From Haliotis rubra (lineage: Eukaryota), in assembly GCF_003918875.1 (NCBI RefSeq), contig NW_025767128.1, positions 868,001 through 932,000 on the forward strand: DNA of 64,000 nt, written 5' to 3'. Shown here in pieces: positions 38,001 through 53,175 of the stretch (positions within the stretch are counted from its first letter, which is position 1; each line of letters starts with the position of its first letter). Made by a program: the position numbers and the translations under genes. The notes under the pieces are model-generated. The model was not told where the DNA came from and ran no database searches. It saw nothing but the letters and a program-made list of their open reading frames with translations.

Positions 38001-41000
38001 TGTTATTAGACGGTGTGTGAGTTTGATTTTACACTCGTTTAGCAATGAATGAGAAAATACACTGGCGGGGACACAAGCACGGGGCTTCACCTGTTAAAAC
38101 CATGCATTGAATCTAACATAGTCCTTCAGTGTGATGAGGGATTAACCACTGGGCTACCCCTTCCTCTACACTTTTCCTCTTATATAGAGACATTTCACAT
38201 ACAAAGTGGAATTTTCCAAGGTTGACCTTAAATGGAACGTAATTGATGTACATTGAAAAGTCAAATTTTGAAATATAAAGAAGTTGATAGTCAAATCCCC
38301 AAAGTATCACTGTATATATATATTGTGATTTTCGTTGATAAATACACTAAAACATCTAAAGTTGAAACATTTTATCGAACGGCGTTAATGATTGTAAAAT
38401 GATGTCGGTTCACTGATGACCGACTCTGTGGTGTAGTGGTTAGAGCGTCTACCCGGAGAGCGTAAGTTCGCGGGTTCGATCCCCTGCCACGTCATACCAA
38501 ATACGTTAAAATATGGTACTTGTTGGTCCCAGCCTGGCGCTCGGCATTAATGGGTACAACAAGGACTGGTCGGCTGGGAGTCAGTATAATGAGTTGGGTA
38601 TTCATGCTAAACAGCGGCATGGTATGTCAGTGAGCTAGCACTATAAAACCAGCTTAAGTCTGGCCTAGTACAAGCAGCCACACATACAGACGCATGCACG
38701 TCGTCATATGAGCGAAATATTCTTAAGTACAACGTTAAACCCTATTTCACCTCACCCCACCTCCGGTTCCCTGATTATCAAAAGTATTGTGATTATGACT
38801 ACATGAACACTAAGAGTACAGCTGATTCTGAATGTTATAGGAGTACTTCAGCCAAGGAAGTGGGAGGGAGGATTAACAATTGACAAGAAATCGTGGGGAT
38901 TTCGTCGAGAGGCTGTCCTAGAAGATTATCTGACCATGGATGAGATTATAGCACGGCTGGTTCAAATAGTCAGGTGTGTACTTACATAAATATATACTGA
39001 GAGGCAACGAAAACGCAATTCCATTTTCAAAGGTTAACTTATTAACAAAGGAAAATTACAAAGCATATGATATGTATGTTAGCAAAGTCCAATCACAGTA
39101 GAGAATTTCTGACCAAACCAGTGTCCACTATCACCAGTTTCAACACATTTACACCTGACTGCCTGAGCAGACTGTCAGTACCTGGCAAATGTCTTGACAT
39201 GGAATGACACAAACGACAGATCAAATTATTCGGAACAGCGTTCCAGTGATTTTACAGTGCCTGCGTGAACTCAGCAACATTGCGGGGTGGAATCTGCTGA
39301 TGTTTCACACGCCTACCAAGTTCGTCCCACAGGTGCTGTATTGGATTCACGTCTGGTGACCTGGAGGGCCACTGCGTGACTTCCACAATGTTGTTGTTCC
39401 TAAGAAAATTCCGTGTCAGGATGGCTGTGTGTGGACGAGCATTGTCATGCTGAAAGACAAGTTGGTTACCTCTATGTTGTCTCAAGATAGGAAGAAGAAC
39501 TGGCTGGAGAACAGTCTCGACGTTACGCCGCGCCGTCAAGTTGCCTTCACAATAACAAGCTATGAAAGAAAATGAGCATTTATGTTGCCCCAAACCATTA
39601 CTCCTCCACCAAAACGACCTCTCTCAATAACACAGGGTCGCACAAAACGGTCACCTTGACGTCGATAAACACTTTGGCGTCCATCTGGGAAAGAGACCTT
39701 AAAGCGAGACTCATCGGGAAAAAACAACATTCCTCCAACCGACATTGACCAGGAAACTACCTGCTGCAGCGCATCGCTGTCGTTAAGTCGATGAAGATGA
39801 GTTAAGATCTGGCCTTGGTGTTGTTGGCAGTCTGTGTAGCTCTCTGGAATCGATCTCGGGGGTGTTGCACGACGATGTAGCAGTCCTGATGTGCCGTGGT
39901 CACATGTTGAATGCCAGGGCGTGACCGGTCCTCCGCCCTGCCAGTGACTTGGTAGCGCCTTATGAGCCGACTAACAGTTGATGGATGCACGTTAACATGT
40001 GGTGCGACATCGGTCTGGGAAATGCCAGCTCGCAGCATTCCAATGGTTGATGTCTCTGATCTAGCGTTAACCGTGTCATGGTTCATATTGGTGTCAATGT
40101 CAAATCAAACTGTGTTTTATAGGGGACAATCATGGACTGATTAAATGCAGTATCAAAATGCATGTCATGGCAGACTGACACTTAAAGCTGTGTTCTGGAG
40201 TTTGCTCATGACGTTGTGCACAGAGCCTTACCTGTCTTTACACACAATGACATTAGACCGTTATCATGCTAAGTTATGATTTTCATTAACTAATAACTTT
40301 ATTATTTCTTATGGGACTATTACACGATAGAAAATGCTGATTGCGTTTTCGTTGCTTCTCTGTATATATCAGTCATTGAGTGAGTTTGGGATAGGATTCT
40401 GATGTGGATGCAGCCCGGCACACTGATTACACGCAGGTAAGAGAACCAGCACCCTGTGCCCCGCATAAATATAAGCATCATAACAATTATAAACAATCTC
40501 AAATACCTCGGTAGTGGGTGAGGCTTATTTTTTCAAGGTTGATTTGTATCATTTCAGCTGTGGAGGGAACCTGGCAATCAATGTCAGTCCAACCAAATAT
40601 GGCATGATTAGTCCAATCTTTGAGGAGAGACTGCGACAGTTGGGAGACTGGCTGAAGGTGAATGGGGAGGCTATCTACTCCTCCACACCTTGGACGGTCC
40701 AGAATGACACAGTCACACCAGGAGTTTGGTAGGTACTTCATATATTCCACACCACTTCGTCAGGCCCCGAATGACACAACTACACTCGGATTTTGGTGTA
40801 GTGAATACATACAGTCATATTGTTTCTTGTAATTTTCACGGTGTCTTCTCTCTGCAGGTACACACAGAGAGCTGGGACGGTGTACGCCATTGTGCTCAAC
40901 TGGCCACAACCAGGTCAACTCATCCTTGGATCAGCTTTGCCAAAAACTGGAATGAAAGTCAGCCTCCTTGGCTACACTGAAGGCTCTTTCTCCTGGCAGA

Positions 41001-41092
41001 ATGCTTCACCAAAAGGAATCAGTATCACAATCCCTCCAATCCCTGTCAACCAGATGCCATGTCAGTGGGCATGGGTCTTCGCCCTGACATAA
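35060..41092 (+). CDS. FUCA: Alpha-L-fucosidase (GH29), copy B2, 8 exons, ~465 aa
   Basis: Exons 35060-35448, 36205-36311, 36682-36812, 37501-37634, 37889-37986, 38841-38973, 40558-40728, 40858-41092. Total 1398 nt in frame, with a 21-bp duplication encoding QTEIRYD twice. Confidence 0.95.
38419..38763 (+). mobile_element. tRNA-derived SINE (Meta-like), B2 intron 5
   Basis: Same family as 27242-27605. Near-perfect TSD cggttc(a/c)ctgat. Confidence 0.88.
38995..40364 (-). mobile_element. Tc1/mariner transposon, degraded, B2 intron 6
   Basis: TIRs tactgagaggcaacgaaaacgcaat / attgcgttttcgttgcttctctgta with TA target. HTH ([23 protein letters not shown]), [34 protein letters not shown]. Confidence 0.92.
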
Positions 41093-44000
41093 CGGTTGGC
41101 ATAAGTACAGTTTTTAGCATGGACATAACCATATGATTTATCATGGGGTGGGCCTTCATAATGTAAACATTAGTTGATAACGGGATGCCCCCTTCAAAAT
41201 GACATTAAATGATTGACAGCTGCATAGTGGACCTTTACAATAACATAACTGGATGGCAATGAGATGGCCAATTAATCGGATGAACCTTCCACATGAAATG
41301 CTTGATAATATGATTGTCCAAATAGAGATGTATGTCATTTAACTAACATTTTTGTATTACAAATAATCAATGTTCTCACAATAAACAGAATGTTGCTTTG
41401 ACTGCATATTTTTTCTGGATTATGACTGGATTTTTCCCAAACAAAATTCAACATCATACATAATATATTAAATCTTAAGAAATTTGTCATGGCAAAACAA
41501 AGCCTACTGGGGTAAGAGCAAAAAAATCTCCCTTGAAAAGTACATGGTGATAACTCAAGGATTTCGGGTAGATGTCACAAAAGGTAATGACAACGAGAAC
41601 AGCTATACGCCATCATTGCACACCTTGTAGACACGACCCAAAAGGTTCACCTCAGCAGCATGCTGTGAGCAAATGATGCCTTCATCTGATAGGAGACATT
41701 GGCTACACTTCACTTGGCTTCACTGAGTATAGCAAAGAAGACACAATGTATGAAAAAACGTTTATAATACTGTGACAAAGGTTTGTGCTTATGAGTTGTC
41801 AGCTATTCAAAAACTCATATGTCCAAAGTTTGGAATATTATACAAAATGTTAACGGAAAAGAAGCCTTTGGGGCCCCTCTAAGCGAAAGCCCATGTGTAG
41901 GAGTTGAGGAGCGTTCCCTCTTCGGTATATTACTAAATTGTTTGGATTCTCTCAAACCCCGGAACAAAATGCTGAACGAATTCCACCACTTCGTATTCGG
42001 ATTAGTCATGATTTACTGCACCTAAGTAGACCTCTTCCCAGGATTATCAATATAGACAAGTTCTTTTCTTTCATCCGTCACGATTTCCTCCGTTGGAACC
42101 TTTCTGGAAAATTCTTTAGCTAAGTGCTTTGAATGAGAATAATTTTTAAGTTTCCTGAAAGAAGCTCCTTGCAGTACAAGACAAATTGAATGGTCTATGA
42201 TAGCAATCAAATAATTTCATGGTCAAATCCATGCTTGCTGCTTAATGCTCCACACATGTTGGGTTTCTTTCCTAACATGAGCAGGTAAGCATTCATATTA
42301 GCATGTAACACATTGATATTCTCTGTGAATCTGACGTAGGTCCGGATATTTCACCAGTGTGCCACATGTGACCATTTTGAGGATGGGCTCTAACAATATG
42401 GAACTTGGCCGTTGGGCCAGTGGTAGGCGTTGCATTAGAGAACTGCCGTTATAATCACGATGCAGAGCTTCTACTGTCTTTTACATTTCGGTATCATGTG
42501 CAGCTAAAATCATAAAGGTAGTACTATTGAGCATCAGAATGTTTATCAAACATTTGTTTTGCAGTCTGTGTGAGATCAAATTAGACTGACTGGACTACAT
42601 CGGATTAGGGTATTGGGACTTTTGAGGGGTCTTGCCGCTGAAAAAGGTGACATTCATGCTAGCCTTCACGAGGCGGGATGTCTGAGAGGGCCTTGGCTGC
42701 GTATGTTGATTCTGATGGGCGAAGTGTTAAGCATGGGATTTGGTGCGGTGTTTCCTTGGCCTGCTTGTTTGTGGTTTTTGAGACAAGGTGGGCAGGATGA
42801 TCAATGAGGGAAGTGAAGCTGTCCTCCGATGTGACATGCCCTGTGGAGGTGAACGTGTCTACTTTTGCAGTGTCAACAGAGGGGTGGAAGGAGATTGATT
42901 CTTGATATCTTAGAGATTTCTTTGGTGAGTAGAGATAGAGGGAACCCTTCAGACTGTGCTTGTGAGTGTAGATCTTGTCACGGAAGGTCAAATATGATGT
43001 GTCAAAGCAACTGAAGGTGTCGATGGTACTGTCTATTGATTTTATGTATATGTTGCAGGATCGGCCCTTGTATAAAATAACAGCAGTTATTACGATCTGG
43101 GTTCGGTGACAGGAGGGAGAAATTACTTTCTCACGAGCACTGAAATCGTTAAAGTCAGGGAGGTAAACAGTTATGATGTCGTCACTGCACCAATAATGAT
43201 TACTGAGGATGGAACTTGAAATCTGCAAGTATAAGCTGCAAGTTTATGTACAAACTCTTTCATGGGACAAAATGTGAAATCTGCTCCTAATTAACCCAGG
43301 TTATCTGTGCGGGCTTCCGCGTTATTGCTTAGTCAAAACAAGGAAATGCACACAAGACAATAACCTTATTTTCAATGTAGAAGAAGTATTGTAGGTGCGC
43401 TTTGGGAGCAAATTCATTTCGAGACAGTACTCCCCAGCCATGTTTCCTGATTATACTGCGCGAGAGCGTCAGTGTAGGGCAAGCGCAACATATGGAGCGA
43501 GGCTTGTAACGGATCATTATTTTTCTATTTTATCACGTTTCCATTGAGTTGCAGTCACTTTTCTTTCGAAATAGTTACCAAGAATCAAGCTCTTTCTACG
43601 CACTGATATATCATACCGCTGAATATGCGTTGCCCATCAACAGACGTAATTCGCTAAAACAAAAATACGGTTGGACTCATTCAAGCCTTTCCCTCTAAAT
43701 GCATGCATCAGGTCCCAAAGCTGTATAAATGTTTTCACTCTTTTAAATCCTTCCAGTTGACAGTTTAGTTTTTCCTAACAAACGCTTTTAACAGGCGTCA
43801 GTCTATGAACAAATGTATGAATGAAATAGTTCGTCTTTTGTCGTGTGACTTTCATGTGGACAAAGCGAAAGGAAAGTGAAAGAGGGGTCATTCGCCTTAT
43901 TCCTTAAACAAAAGTAGGAAACCGTACATGGAGTGACATCCTCAGATAAGTTTCAGAGAGCTCGAAGCGCTCATACAGTCTCAATATTCCGTCATTTTCC

Positions 44001-47000
44001 TACACGCGTCAAGGAATACAAGTGGATTAAAGTAAGATTTATCTACAAAGTGAGGTTATAAAGTGCGTTTCTGATATGGTTTTCAGGAAAGAAAGTCAAT
44101 AACACACCTATAGAGCTTTCAACGAAATGCATGTATGATTGAGAAGTGTACACATCATGAAAATGATTAAAAGCTAATATCCTTAAACACTAAGCACCTG
44201 TCATGCCTGTTAAATGTTTTCGTTCAGGCCTACAAACCATGACATATTATTTTTTTATAAATAATATATCATTCCTCGTCCTGTTTTAGTTAACATTATT
44301 TTTCACAGAGAATCTACCTTGTCATGGTCAAAAGTATCAAAGTATTCACAACCTTTGACAACAGCAGAGTAACCAGTATTGCAGTGGTGTCCTGACTGAG
44401 AGTTAATATTCTTGGGATGCCAAACAACTCCTAAACCCACATCACCTCGAAAATTATCAACAAGGGATGAAACTAGTTTCGCCAACTTTACATACAACTG
44501 TTCATGGGTCCCTGTCATTGAATGGAAATGTGTCTTTGAATAATAAATCTAAACTACCAGTAGTTTATTACCTGTATGAGGTACTCTGATCTATGGAACA
44601 GGAACCAAAGGAAAGTCAAATAATAGGGAGAAGAACGAGAGTGAGTAAATTAGATTGGTTTAATCAATCACTTGGTGTCAGCACTGAATCTGAGCGGCTA
44701 TTCCTATGTTCCTAGGTGCACATGAGTGAAGCAATGACTTGCCTTTGCATGTGTTTGTGATAAGGGGTAAGCATATGTCATGACAAATACTAGTATGCTT
44801 ATGGCATATACAGAATTGTACAGTTGCATCAACATAATCGGCATAACTACAACTCGGATCCTAGCAGAGATTCCTTGTGATCAAAAGAGTTTTCGCTGCT
44901 TTTCATTAAGCTAGCAAGAGGTACAAGGATTATACCTATTAACCCACATGAACAGATGACAATATCATCCAGGATGATTTATGACTTTCAGGTTTGGCTA
45001 TGATAGAGCAATTACTCAGAGCTATTGAACATGTCCAAAGGTACATTGACATTAGTACTGTGACCCACTCATCATGGGACTGCTGTAAATGCAAGAAAAG
45101 GGAATAAAGAAGTGAGTGAGTAAATTTTATGCCACTTTTAGCAATATTCCTGGAATATCACAGCAGGGGATACAGAATTGGGCTTCACACATTGTAACCA
45201 TGTGGGGAATAAACCGGGTCTTCAGCTTGACAAGCGGACATTGTAATAATTAAGCTATCCCACCGGCCCGCAATTATAAACCTCCAGTGACATCACTCTA
45301 TTGTCTCACCAGATTCTCCTTTTAGTAAACCTCAACACACAGTTTTGCTAGCATTCTTCAAGAAATACCAGGCATTTTCTCCAAAACTGTCCAGGAATTT
45401 TCTGAGGAATCGCCCTTGACTTATTTTACTTGCACAAGTTTTGAAGATTGCTTTAACTTTGTCTTGATATCACTGAATTATTATTGAAAACTTCCAATGT
45501 ATTGTGCCGATGCCTGGTTTCGAACCTGTAACGCTTTGTTTACTAGCTTGGCGGCTTTATCCACTAGGCTACGGATCGCTGTGAAGAATGTGATTGTTTA
45601 TCAGTATCAGTATTTATCCTTCACATAAACAACAAATACAACATGTTCAATCACTTTATCCAGAAGCTTGCAACTTTTACACATGACATTATGTATATCC
45701 AAATCAGTTAGAATTGAAATTGGCCATATTACTGAGATTCATGTTGGCAGTCACAACATTGTACATATTTTCCAGGTTTCAAACTGTAAAACAAAGAATT
45801 ATCTGTTGATAATTTACTGAAATAAAATCAATATCAACCACTAAATAATAAAATCATTATTAATTAGTCACACATGACAAACTTTGATACACTCATATGA
45901 CCTCTGTATAAAGTCCATCTTTAACAAGAAACATATACTTTGTCATAGCAACAAAACATCAACATTTACAATTAATTTCTTGTAGCATATGTTTAATACC
46001 ATGATTTGTTACTGGAACACAAGGGTATTCCATATAATGATCATACTGACATACTTTAATTACACACATTCTATTCATATGTAAATTGAAATGGTAATTT
46101 TCAATATACACACAATATGCTTTAAACAAACCATCTCAATTTGAAAAGCACCAACACTGATCATAAGCAAACAAATTGTAGATACAAACGAGGCATCTGA
46201 TTAAATGCAATATTAGATCAAACATTTCTCTAAACATTCACAGGGTACTACAGATTAACAGACTACTCTTTAGCTACAAGGTGTACTGGAACCAAAAACA
46301 ACTGTTTCATTGAGCTATGTTCAGTATCTTTGTGTGGAACCACTTCTATATCACTCATGTCTTTCACAATTAAATCCTTTACTCCAAATGTTCCAGAAAA
46401 CTCAGACCCTTACCTACAGGTAGATATAACCTAACTTTAATAACAAAGAACAAGCTACCATATAACATCCACATGATCAACACTGGACATCAATGTAAAG
46501 AATATATATATTTGTACACATTTAAAACTTAGCAACCTGTTTAACCATTAACACATTTAACAAATCAGCACACACATGCTAAATTATTCAGAAATACAGA
46601 AAAACCATGTTAGTCAAGACATTGTCAATCCACAAACACTGAAGAAGTACAGTATGGAAAATCCACTTGAAACAGGGACACTATATCTTTTCAGTGATTG
46701 GAACAGATATTGTTATTTCCAACAATTTTGCTTGGCGAGGCACTGTCCAATTTAACAGGGTTTCACTGTATGAAAAAGACAATCTGTTTGTGTTAATTCT
46801 GTCCAGATAAATCAGTGGGTCAAATTCATCATGTTCTTATGATCATCACATTGGTACATCTCTAATAAGGCAAAGGTCTATGCATGCAGAGCTGAAATTG
46901 CACCATTTGAATGTAAGTCGCCTTAAAAGTGACAGTAGTAAGGCCACATTTGTTTTGTTTCTTGGTTTTCATATCTTCAGTTCCATGAGAACATTTTTTT

Positions 47001-48861
47001 AAAAGAACAGTAAAATAAACAAAACATCATGTGTGCATCATACACAGTATGCATCCATGTAGTTTAAGTGATAATGATCTTTTATAGTATTATTAATTCA
47101 TGCATATTAGCCTCAGTTACAAAATGTAACTATCATAAATTAAAGCAAATATACACCAACTCTTATGGTTTAACTGTAAGACAGCAAAGGTTTCTCTCCA
47201 CACATGATAGGCCCAGCTATTTATGATCTGTTACTGTCTGTATTGAAGCAGAATAAACTGATGGACAAAAGAGAGTATACACTTGAAAACTAAACCTTTT
47301 AAGAATACAAACATATATTTAAATGATGATTGGCTGAAAACCAATGCTGGAAAAGTTAACTGCAACATTCATACAGATACATCACCATCAAATAACCATT
47401 TCTTCCACAATCAAACAAGCTTGTATACTTTTTTGTATACTTTGCAATGGTTTTTCTTTGCCTTACACTTTAATTTTTAAACATAACGGTTTATAAGTGA
47501 CTGCAAGAATAGTCAAGCAACCACACACCTTCACAGTTCACAGATCGATGCTTTTCCTGAAAATTAAATGAGCACTTTCACTTCCAGCAGAAATGATTGT
47601 CCTGCAGGTTCCATGTTTATTTTTGAATGATGCTGATCTGGTACTAGTTGCATGTGTCTGCATAACAAGGATAGGTATCCTTTTGATATGATTGATGCTT
47701 ACACAGTATATGTCCACAGTTTCATTGTTTCTTGCTGTTTGTCTTTGAATATCACTTGCATCTATGACACTAAAACAATACTGTTGCAAAAGACACTTTC
47801 ATTGTAAACAAGTGCTCTCCTGTCAATAATACTTTTCCTGATATCTCAGTCTATGTGTTGAAGACTATTATACCATTGATTTCACTGTCTACCAAACATG
47901 GCAGGCAACCACTTCTGTTCAAAGACAATAATGGTTGTCTTTTAAACATCAATGTCACTGTCTGATCGATTCCAATACCTTTAGTTATCTTAATGTCAAT
48001 GTTTAGTGACCTGTCGAGACACAATACATTCTGTCAGCATATTCAATAATTGTCTGTCAAACATCAATGGCAAAGGACCAGACCAAACAACTTAAAATAA
48101 TTTCTGGTCAAAGTCAACATCTTCAAACGTTGTCACTCAAACATTGATGTCAGGTTCAGCAGAGGTCTGTCCAAACATCTTATAATCACTTCTAGTCAGT
48201 GTCAACATCTTTGATAGTTATCTGTCCAATATCAGTGTGAAAGTTGACCAATCTTTTGAGTGTGACCTTAAGCATAGATACCAATGTAGTGTATGGACAA
48301 CAAAGCACAGGCCTTAATAGGCGAGTGTTAGGTTAACTACAATATCTTGACCATTTGTCTTTCAGCACTGATGACAGAGACTGTTCTTTTATTAGAGAAA
48401 GGGGTTGGGGTCATATCAAGAAGAAATGCTACATGTTTTGAGGAGGCAATGATGTCAGTCCATCCTCAGATGACATATCACAGTGTAGTACAAAGACTAT
48501 GCACCCAAAAGATATTGGTAAGGATGATCTCTCAAACACTGATAGTAATGTCCATCCATAACTGTCTCTGTAGAATTATTGTCAAATGTGTCATGTCTAA
48601 GAGTGAGCACATTTGTCAAACGCAGTTATCAGTGGCTAGGTTAGAGTGTTTGTCAGAGATGCAGCCACTTGTCAAATACAGGCACATACTGAAGACACTG
48701 GCAAGTCATCAAGATGATGATTGGTTGACTGAAGGTTGTCTCTAGCATTACCAAATATCACTTGCAATAACATCACTAGTCTACACTTATGACAGAGGCA
48801 TTCTCATGTCAATGACATCCTATCTTCTCTGATACTGAGGTTACATGAGTGTGAGCTACTG

Positions 48862-51800
48862 TCAAACACTGGTTTCAATGGTGTCTTGTCTTTCAGCCTT
48901 CTTTGCTTTCAAAGCAGCACCAACTGAAGCTATGGTGAGGCCTCCACCTGTAACAGAATAAGACAAGATATTTATACAAAAACTGAAAAAACAAAAACAA
49001 CAAGTCCTTATTACCAATAACAAGTAAATTACCATATAGCCATTTTCCATCTTGTAGCAAATTGTTTTCAAACTTACTTTGGCGTGTATATATATATAAG
49101 GTGGTGATAACAGGTTATCTTAGGGGTCAAGGGACCAATGCTCCGTTGTTAGAGGTGCACGGGTGGAAATAACCCATTGCCCGATGCCCGAGTCCAGTGG
49201 GTTTTTTTCTGTTGGGCAAACAAATTTGTATATCACACTGTACCGGTGTCCAGTTGACTTTCCAATATTAATTATGTTGTTTATTTTAAAAAATCAACAA
49301 GAAAACGGCCGGTATAGTGGAAAAATTATCAGTGCAAGTGATTTTACATGTGCCACTGTACCGGAGTATACTTTTTAAAGTTATTTCCACCCCTGAGGTG
49401 CCATACCAGATAAGGTGGTCAGTCAGTGGCTCTCTTTAATATTTATCACAGTACCACAATGGATTGATGCTCGTTATATCAATCACTGATCCAGACTCTG
49501 TAACTATCAGGATATCTGTAACATAGCTGGGATGTTGCTTGAATAATGTAACACTAAACAACAAACACACCAGGACCAATAACATTGTTGGCAAAAGTGT
49601 ATGTTAACAGTATTCAGTAAAGATGACTGGATCATAAAGAATACATTTTGAGATATATGTGCATTGTGATCATTATCAGTGTTGTCTGGTCAGATTAAAC
49701 AAAAACATTGCTCAAAGCATAACAGATTTTACTTAACATAGAAAAGGGTCATTATTCAGTGAGGATTCTGGGATATCATAAGAAATACTTTTCTTCTTGA
49801 AATGAAAATGTGTGATACACAAATACACTATTCCGGAGCATCTTATGCAAATTATGGGAGTGAACGTGCAAACCAGGCATCCCCTCTTCAGGAATGCCAG
49901 GTGTCATTACAGATTTTTATTTATCCATTTACATGATTTTCACTACTGTATTTACTTTTACAAACAAAGGAACCGTTTCAGCGGAAGACGAGGGATTGTA
50001 TTGTACAATTTGCAAGGAGATATCACTGTGGACATAATTCAAGGTGGTTTGTTAGTTTCTTTCTTACATCACGCTACAGACACTCCCATGACAGCCTGTA
50101 CCTTGACCAAATGTGTGAAGCTGATTACTGTTGTCACATCTGTGATTCGTGGAAGTGACCCGTGAAGATCTGGGTTAGAATTGATCTTCAGCAACCCATG
50201 CTTGTCACCATGGTCAGGCTCACTGACTTTGTTGACACATGTCATCGTATCAAACTGATGCTCATGATGTTGATAACTGGATTGTCCTGACCCAATAATT
50301 TACAGCCCACTGCCATATAGCTGAAATATTGCTGAGTGCGGTGTTAAACAACAAACAAACTTTGCAGCAACACAACACCTAACACTACTTAACACACTTC
50401 TTACTCATATGAATGTTGTTGAGCTTGGTAAGGGCTAAGGCAGGAGTCCTGTGTGACCAGGCTGTTCCTCAGAGTTGACCATGGACGACTGTCTGCTGGC
50501 CAGTGTCCTCATGTAGTCTGGGCTGGACAGCAGGAGCTCCTGGATCTGGTACAGCTTGTGGCTGATGTCCTTGCCCAGGATGTAGTGGAATGCTGTGGCT
50601 AGGTAGGTGTCCTTGTCCAGGCCTCCTGTAGGGTTGGGCAGTGCCAGGTCAGGATGCGACTCTCTTCTGATGCGGATATTGTTACCTGAAGGTCAAATGG
50701 ATTTTGTATTATACTTCACTCAGCAACGTTCTGCGTTTAATATATTTTCACAAAATGGAAAATATATGTTTTTTTAGGTTTTGTCCAGAATATTTTACAG
50801 ATACAAAGCAGACAGTGGAAACATTTAGTGGCAGACTTCATGGGTACACTCTGCAGCTTGTTGTCACTGAAAACTACTGTCAAATAATCTTGGTGCAGGG
50901 AATAACCAAATTTTATTTCCATTTCTTGGATTTAAGTCTCAAAACTTTTAATATCTCGCAATAGATGTTACATCTTGACAGCCTGTAAATAAACAAACCA
51001 ATCACTAACAGCATGTCCAATGATCCATGGTTGCACGATGAGCCCAGTCACCAAGTCTCACCTCATCGACCACTACAGCAAGAACAGATTACTGAAAATC
51101 TATTCTTGATTGTAATTGAGTAGATTGCCTAGATACAATACATATGAACTTATACAAATGAATGATTCCTGTGAGTGAGTGACTTTCATACACAGTATCT
51201 CAGGGATATGTCGCTGAATATAACAATTTGGAATGCAGTTAGACAATATTTATCAAGTTGATCTACCCCAAAATATATTGTACTGACAAACCAAGTACAA
51301 TAATCACCATGATGCACGCATTTCAAAATCTCCTCAATCAGCAGATCCTGGCATAACTGAGGGATGCAACTCTGAACAACTGGGCTTGAAGTGAGTGGGA
51401 GAATGAGTAAATTGTGATTTAACACCCTCATTTTTTCAGCAATTACATCATGACATTACGGGGAGAGTTTAGCATGATATTCAAGTTTATTCCACTGACA
51501 GGGGGTTTCTGTGGTACAAGCAATTGCCATATATACTACCCATCAAACGTTTAGACTCGCTAGTGTAAATGTAGCTACTTACTTCAGTCAACTGTTCTAA
51601 ACTGGATATTGCAAAATTTTCTTTTCAGTTTAAAGGTACTGTTAATACATGAACTAATGCATTTTAAAACAAATTCATAACATTGAAAAGATTATTGTAT
51701 CATGACTTCAGTAAATGATGAAAATCAGTGAAAATTGGCGAATTCTTAACAAAATTTCACATTAAAAAACGCAGCTGTTCACATGAACGATATTTGCATA

Positions 51801-53121
51801 TGCTTTTAGCGAATTAATGCATGATCCTCATACAATTCATCTACATAAGTTTGCAGTTGGTTCCCCCATGTTAGTGGAGAAATTCATCTTCCAGTGTAAC
51901 CATATATATATATTACTGAAAGCCATTAAAAGCGCAATTGGTATTTGTTGTCCTGAAACTTACAAAAAGTTCTATTGAAGATTTTTTTCCTGCGATACAG
52001 AGGATGTAGGGTTTAAAAGGCTGTTATTCTGGACCATTTCGAGTTCGAGTCCCAGGCATTCCTCTCCACATGAACTTTGATACTTAAAACTGAACCTTTG
52101 ACATTTCTCGTAAAACACAACCACATTCATGAAACACGTTGTGCACATGCATTACACCTGCACCCAGGCCCATGTAAAGGACAAGGAATTGTGGAACTCA
52201 ATCACTTTGAGAAAATGCCACACTTGACACAAGACGAAAAGGAATCAGGTTATCGGTATATGGTCAGCCAAAAGGTGCTTCCAGATGTGATGATTGCCAG
52301 GCACTTTAATGTGCATCCATCCACTGTAAGACGGCTCAGACAACGTTTTTCGGGCTACCGGAAGTGTTGCTGATCGTCCGCGATGACCTTAATGCACCAC
52401 CTGTAATAACAGCTCGACAAAACCTTTTAATATCCGAGTTTCACACTTGCTGGAAATCGGTTCCAAACAACTGATGATTAGGCAAGGAGGACAATTGGAA
52501 CAAGTCAACGTCATTTCAGCGCCCAAATGGTGCAAGGACGCCTTGCCTTCAACATACGGTGTCGTCACCCGTACCGTGGTCAACCTTATTGCATCGCCAC
52601 AGACTTGACAGACAGCGATGGGCGGCAAATGGGGAACCAATCTTTGCCCAACAGGACATGGCCAGATGTCATTTTTTCAGATGAATCCAGGTTTAACTTA
52701 TCCTTTGCAGATGGACGTCAACAGATTTATCGACGTAAAGGAGAAAGACTTGCGCCAAACTGTGTCCTTGAACATGAGGAAATCGTTTTGGAGGGTGGTG
52801 TCATGATCAGACCACAGACCATCAGGGCTGCAGACCATCAACAGCTGTTCCTTAGTAATAATGTGTCTTTCAATGCCCCAAAGACTGCGAGCATGTCTTG
52901 CAGCGCACGATGGGCACATACGATATTGACTGCAAGTGACCCTCCCCTTTGTGTGATGTCGTTTGCTGCATCACTGATGTTGTTGCTGACTGGACATTTT
53001 CAGATGAAATTATTCACTGAATGTTCACCCAAAACATATCTGCCAGTTAGGTTTATATATGTTGAAATTAGTGTGAGTAAAGAAAGTATGAATGTCAAAT
53101 TGCATTTTTTAATGGCTTTCA

Positions 53122-53175
<54 letters not shown>

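Larger units (their letters stand above)
5755..41650 (+). repeat. Tandem segmental duplication (~20-kb unit: ghost-A-ghost-B)
   Basis: Unit 1 ~5755-24500, unit 2 ~26190-41650. Intergenic flanks, A-type introns and UTRs align. Confidence 0.9.

Noticed and set aside
50405-50685. Programmed frameshifting or RNA editing restoring the POPDC frame
   Set aside because: Indels are scattered through coding and non-coding DNA alike in this region; sequencing error is more parsimonious
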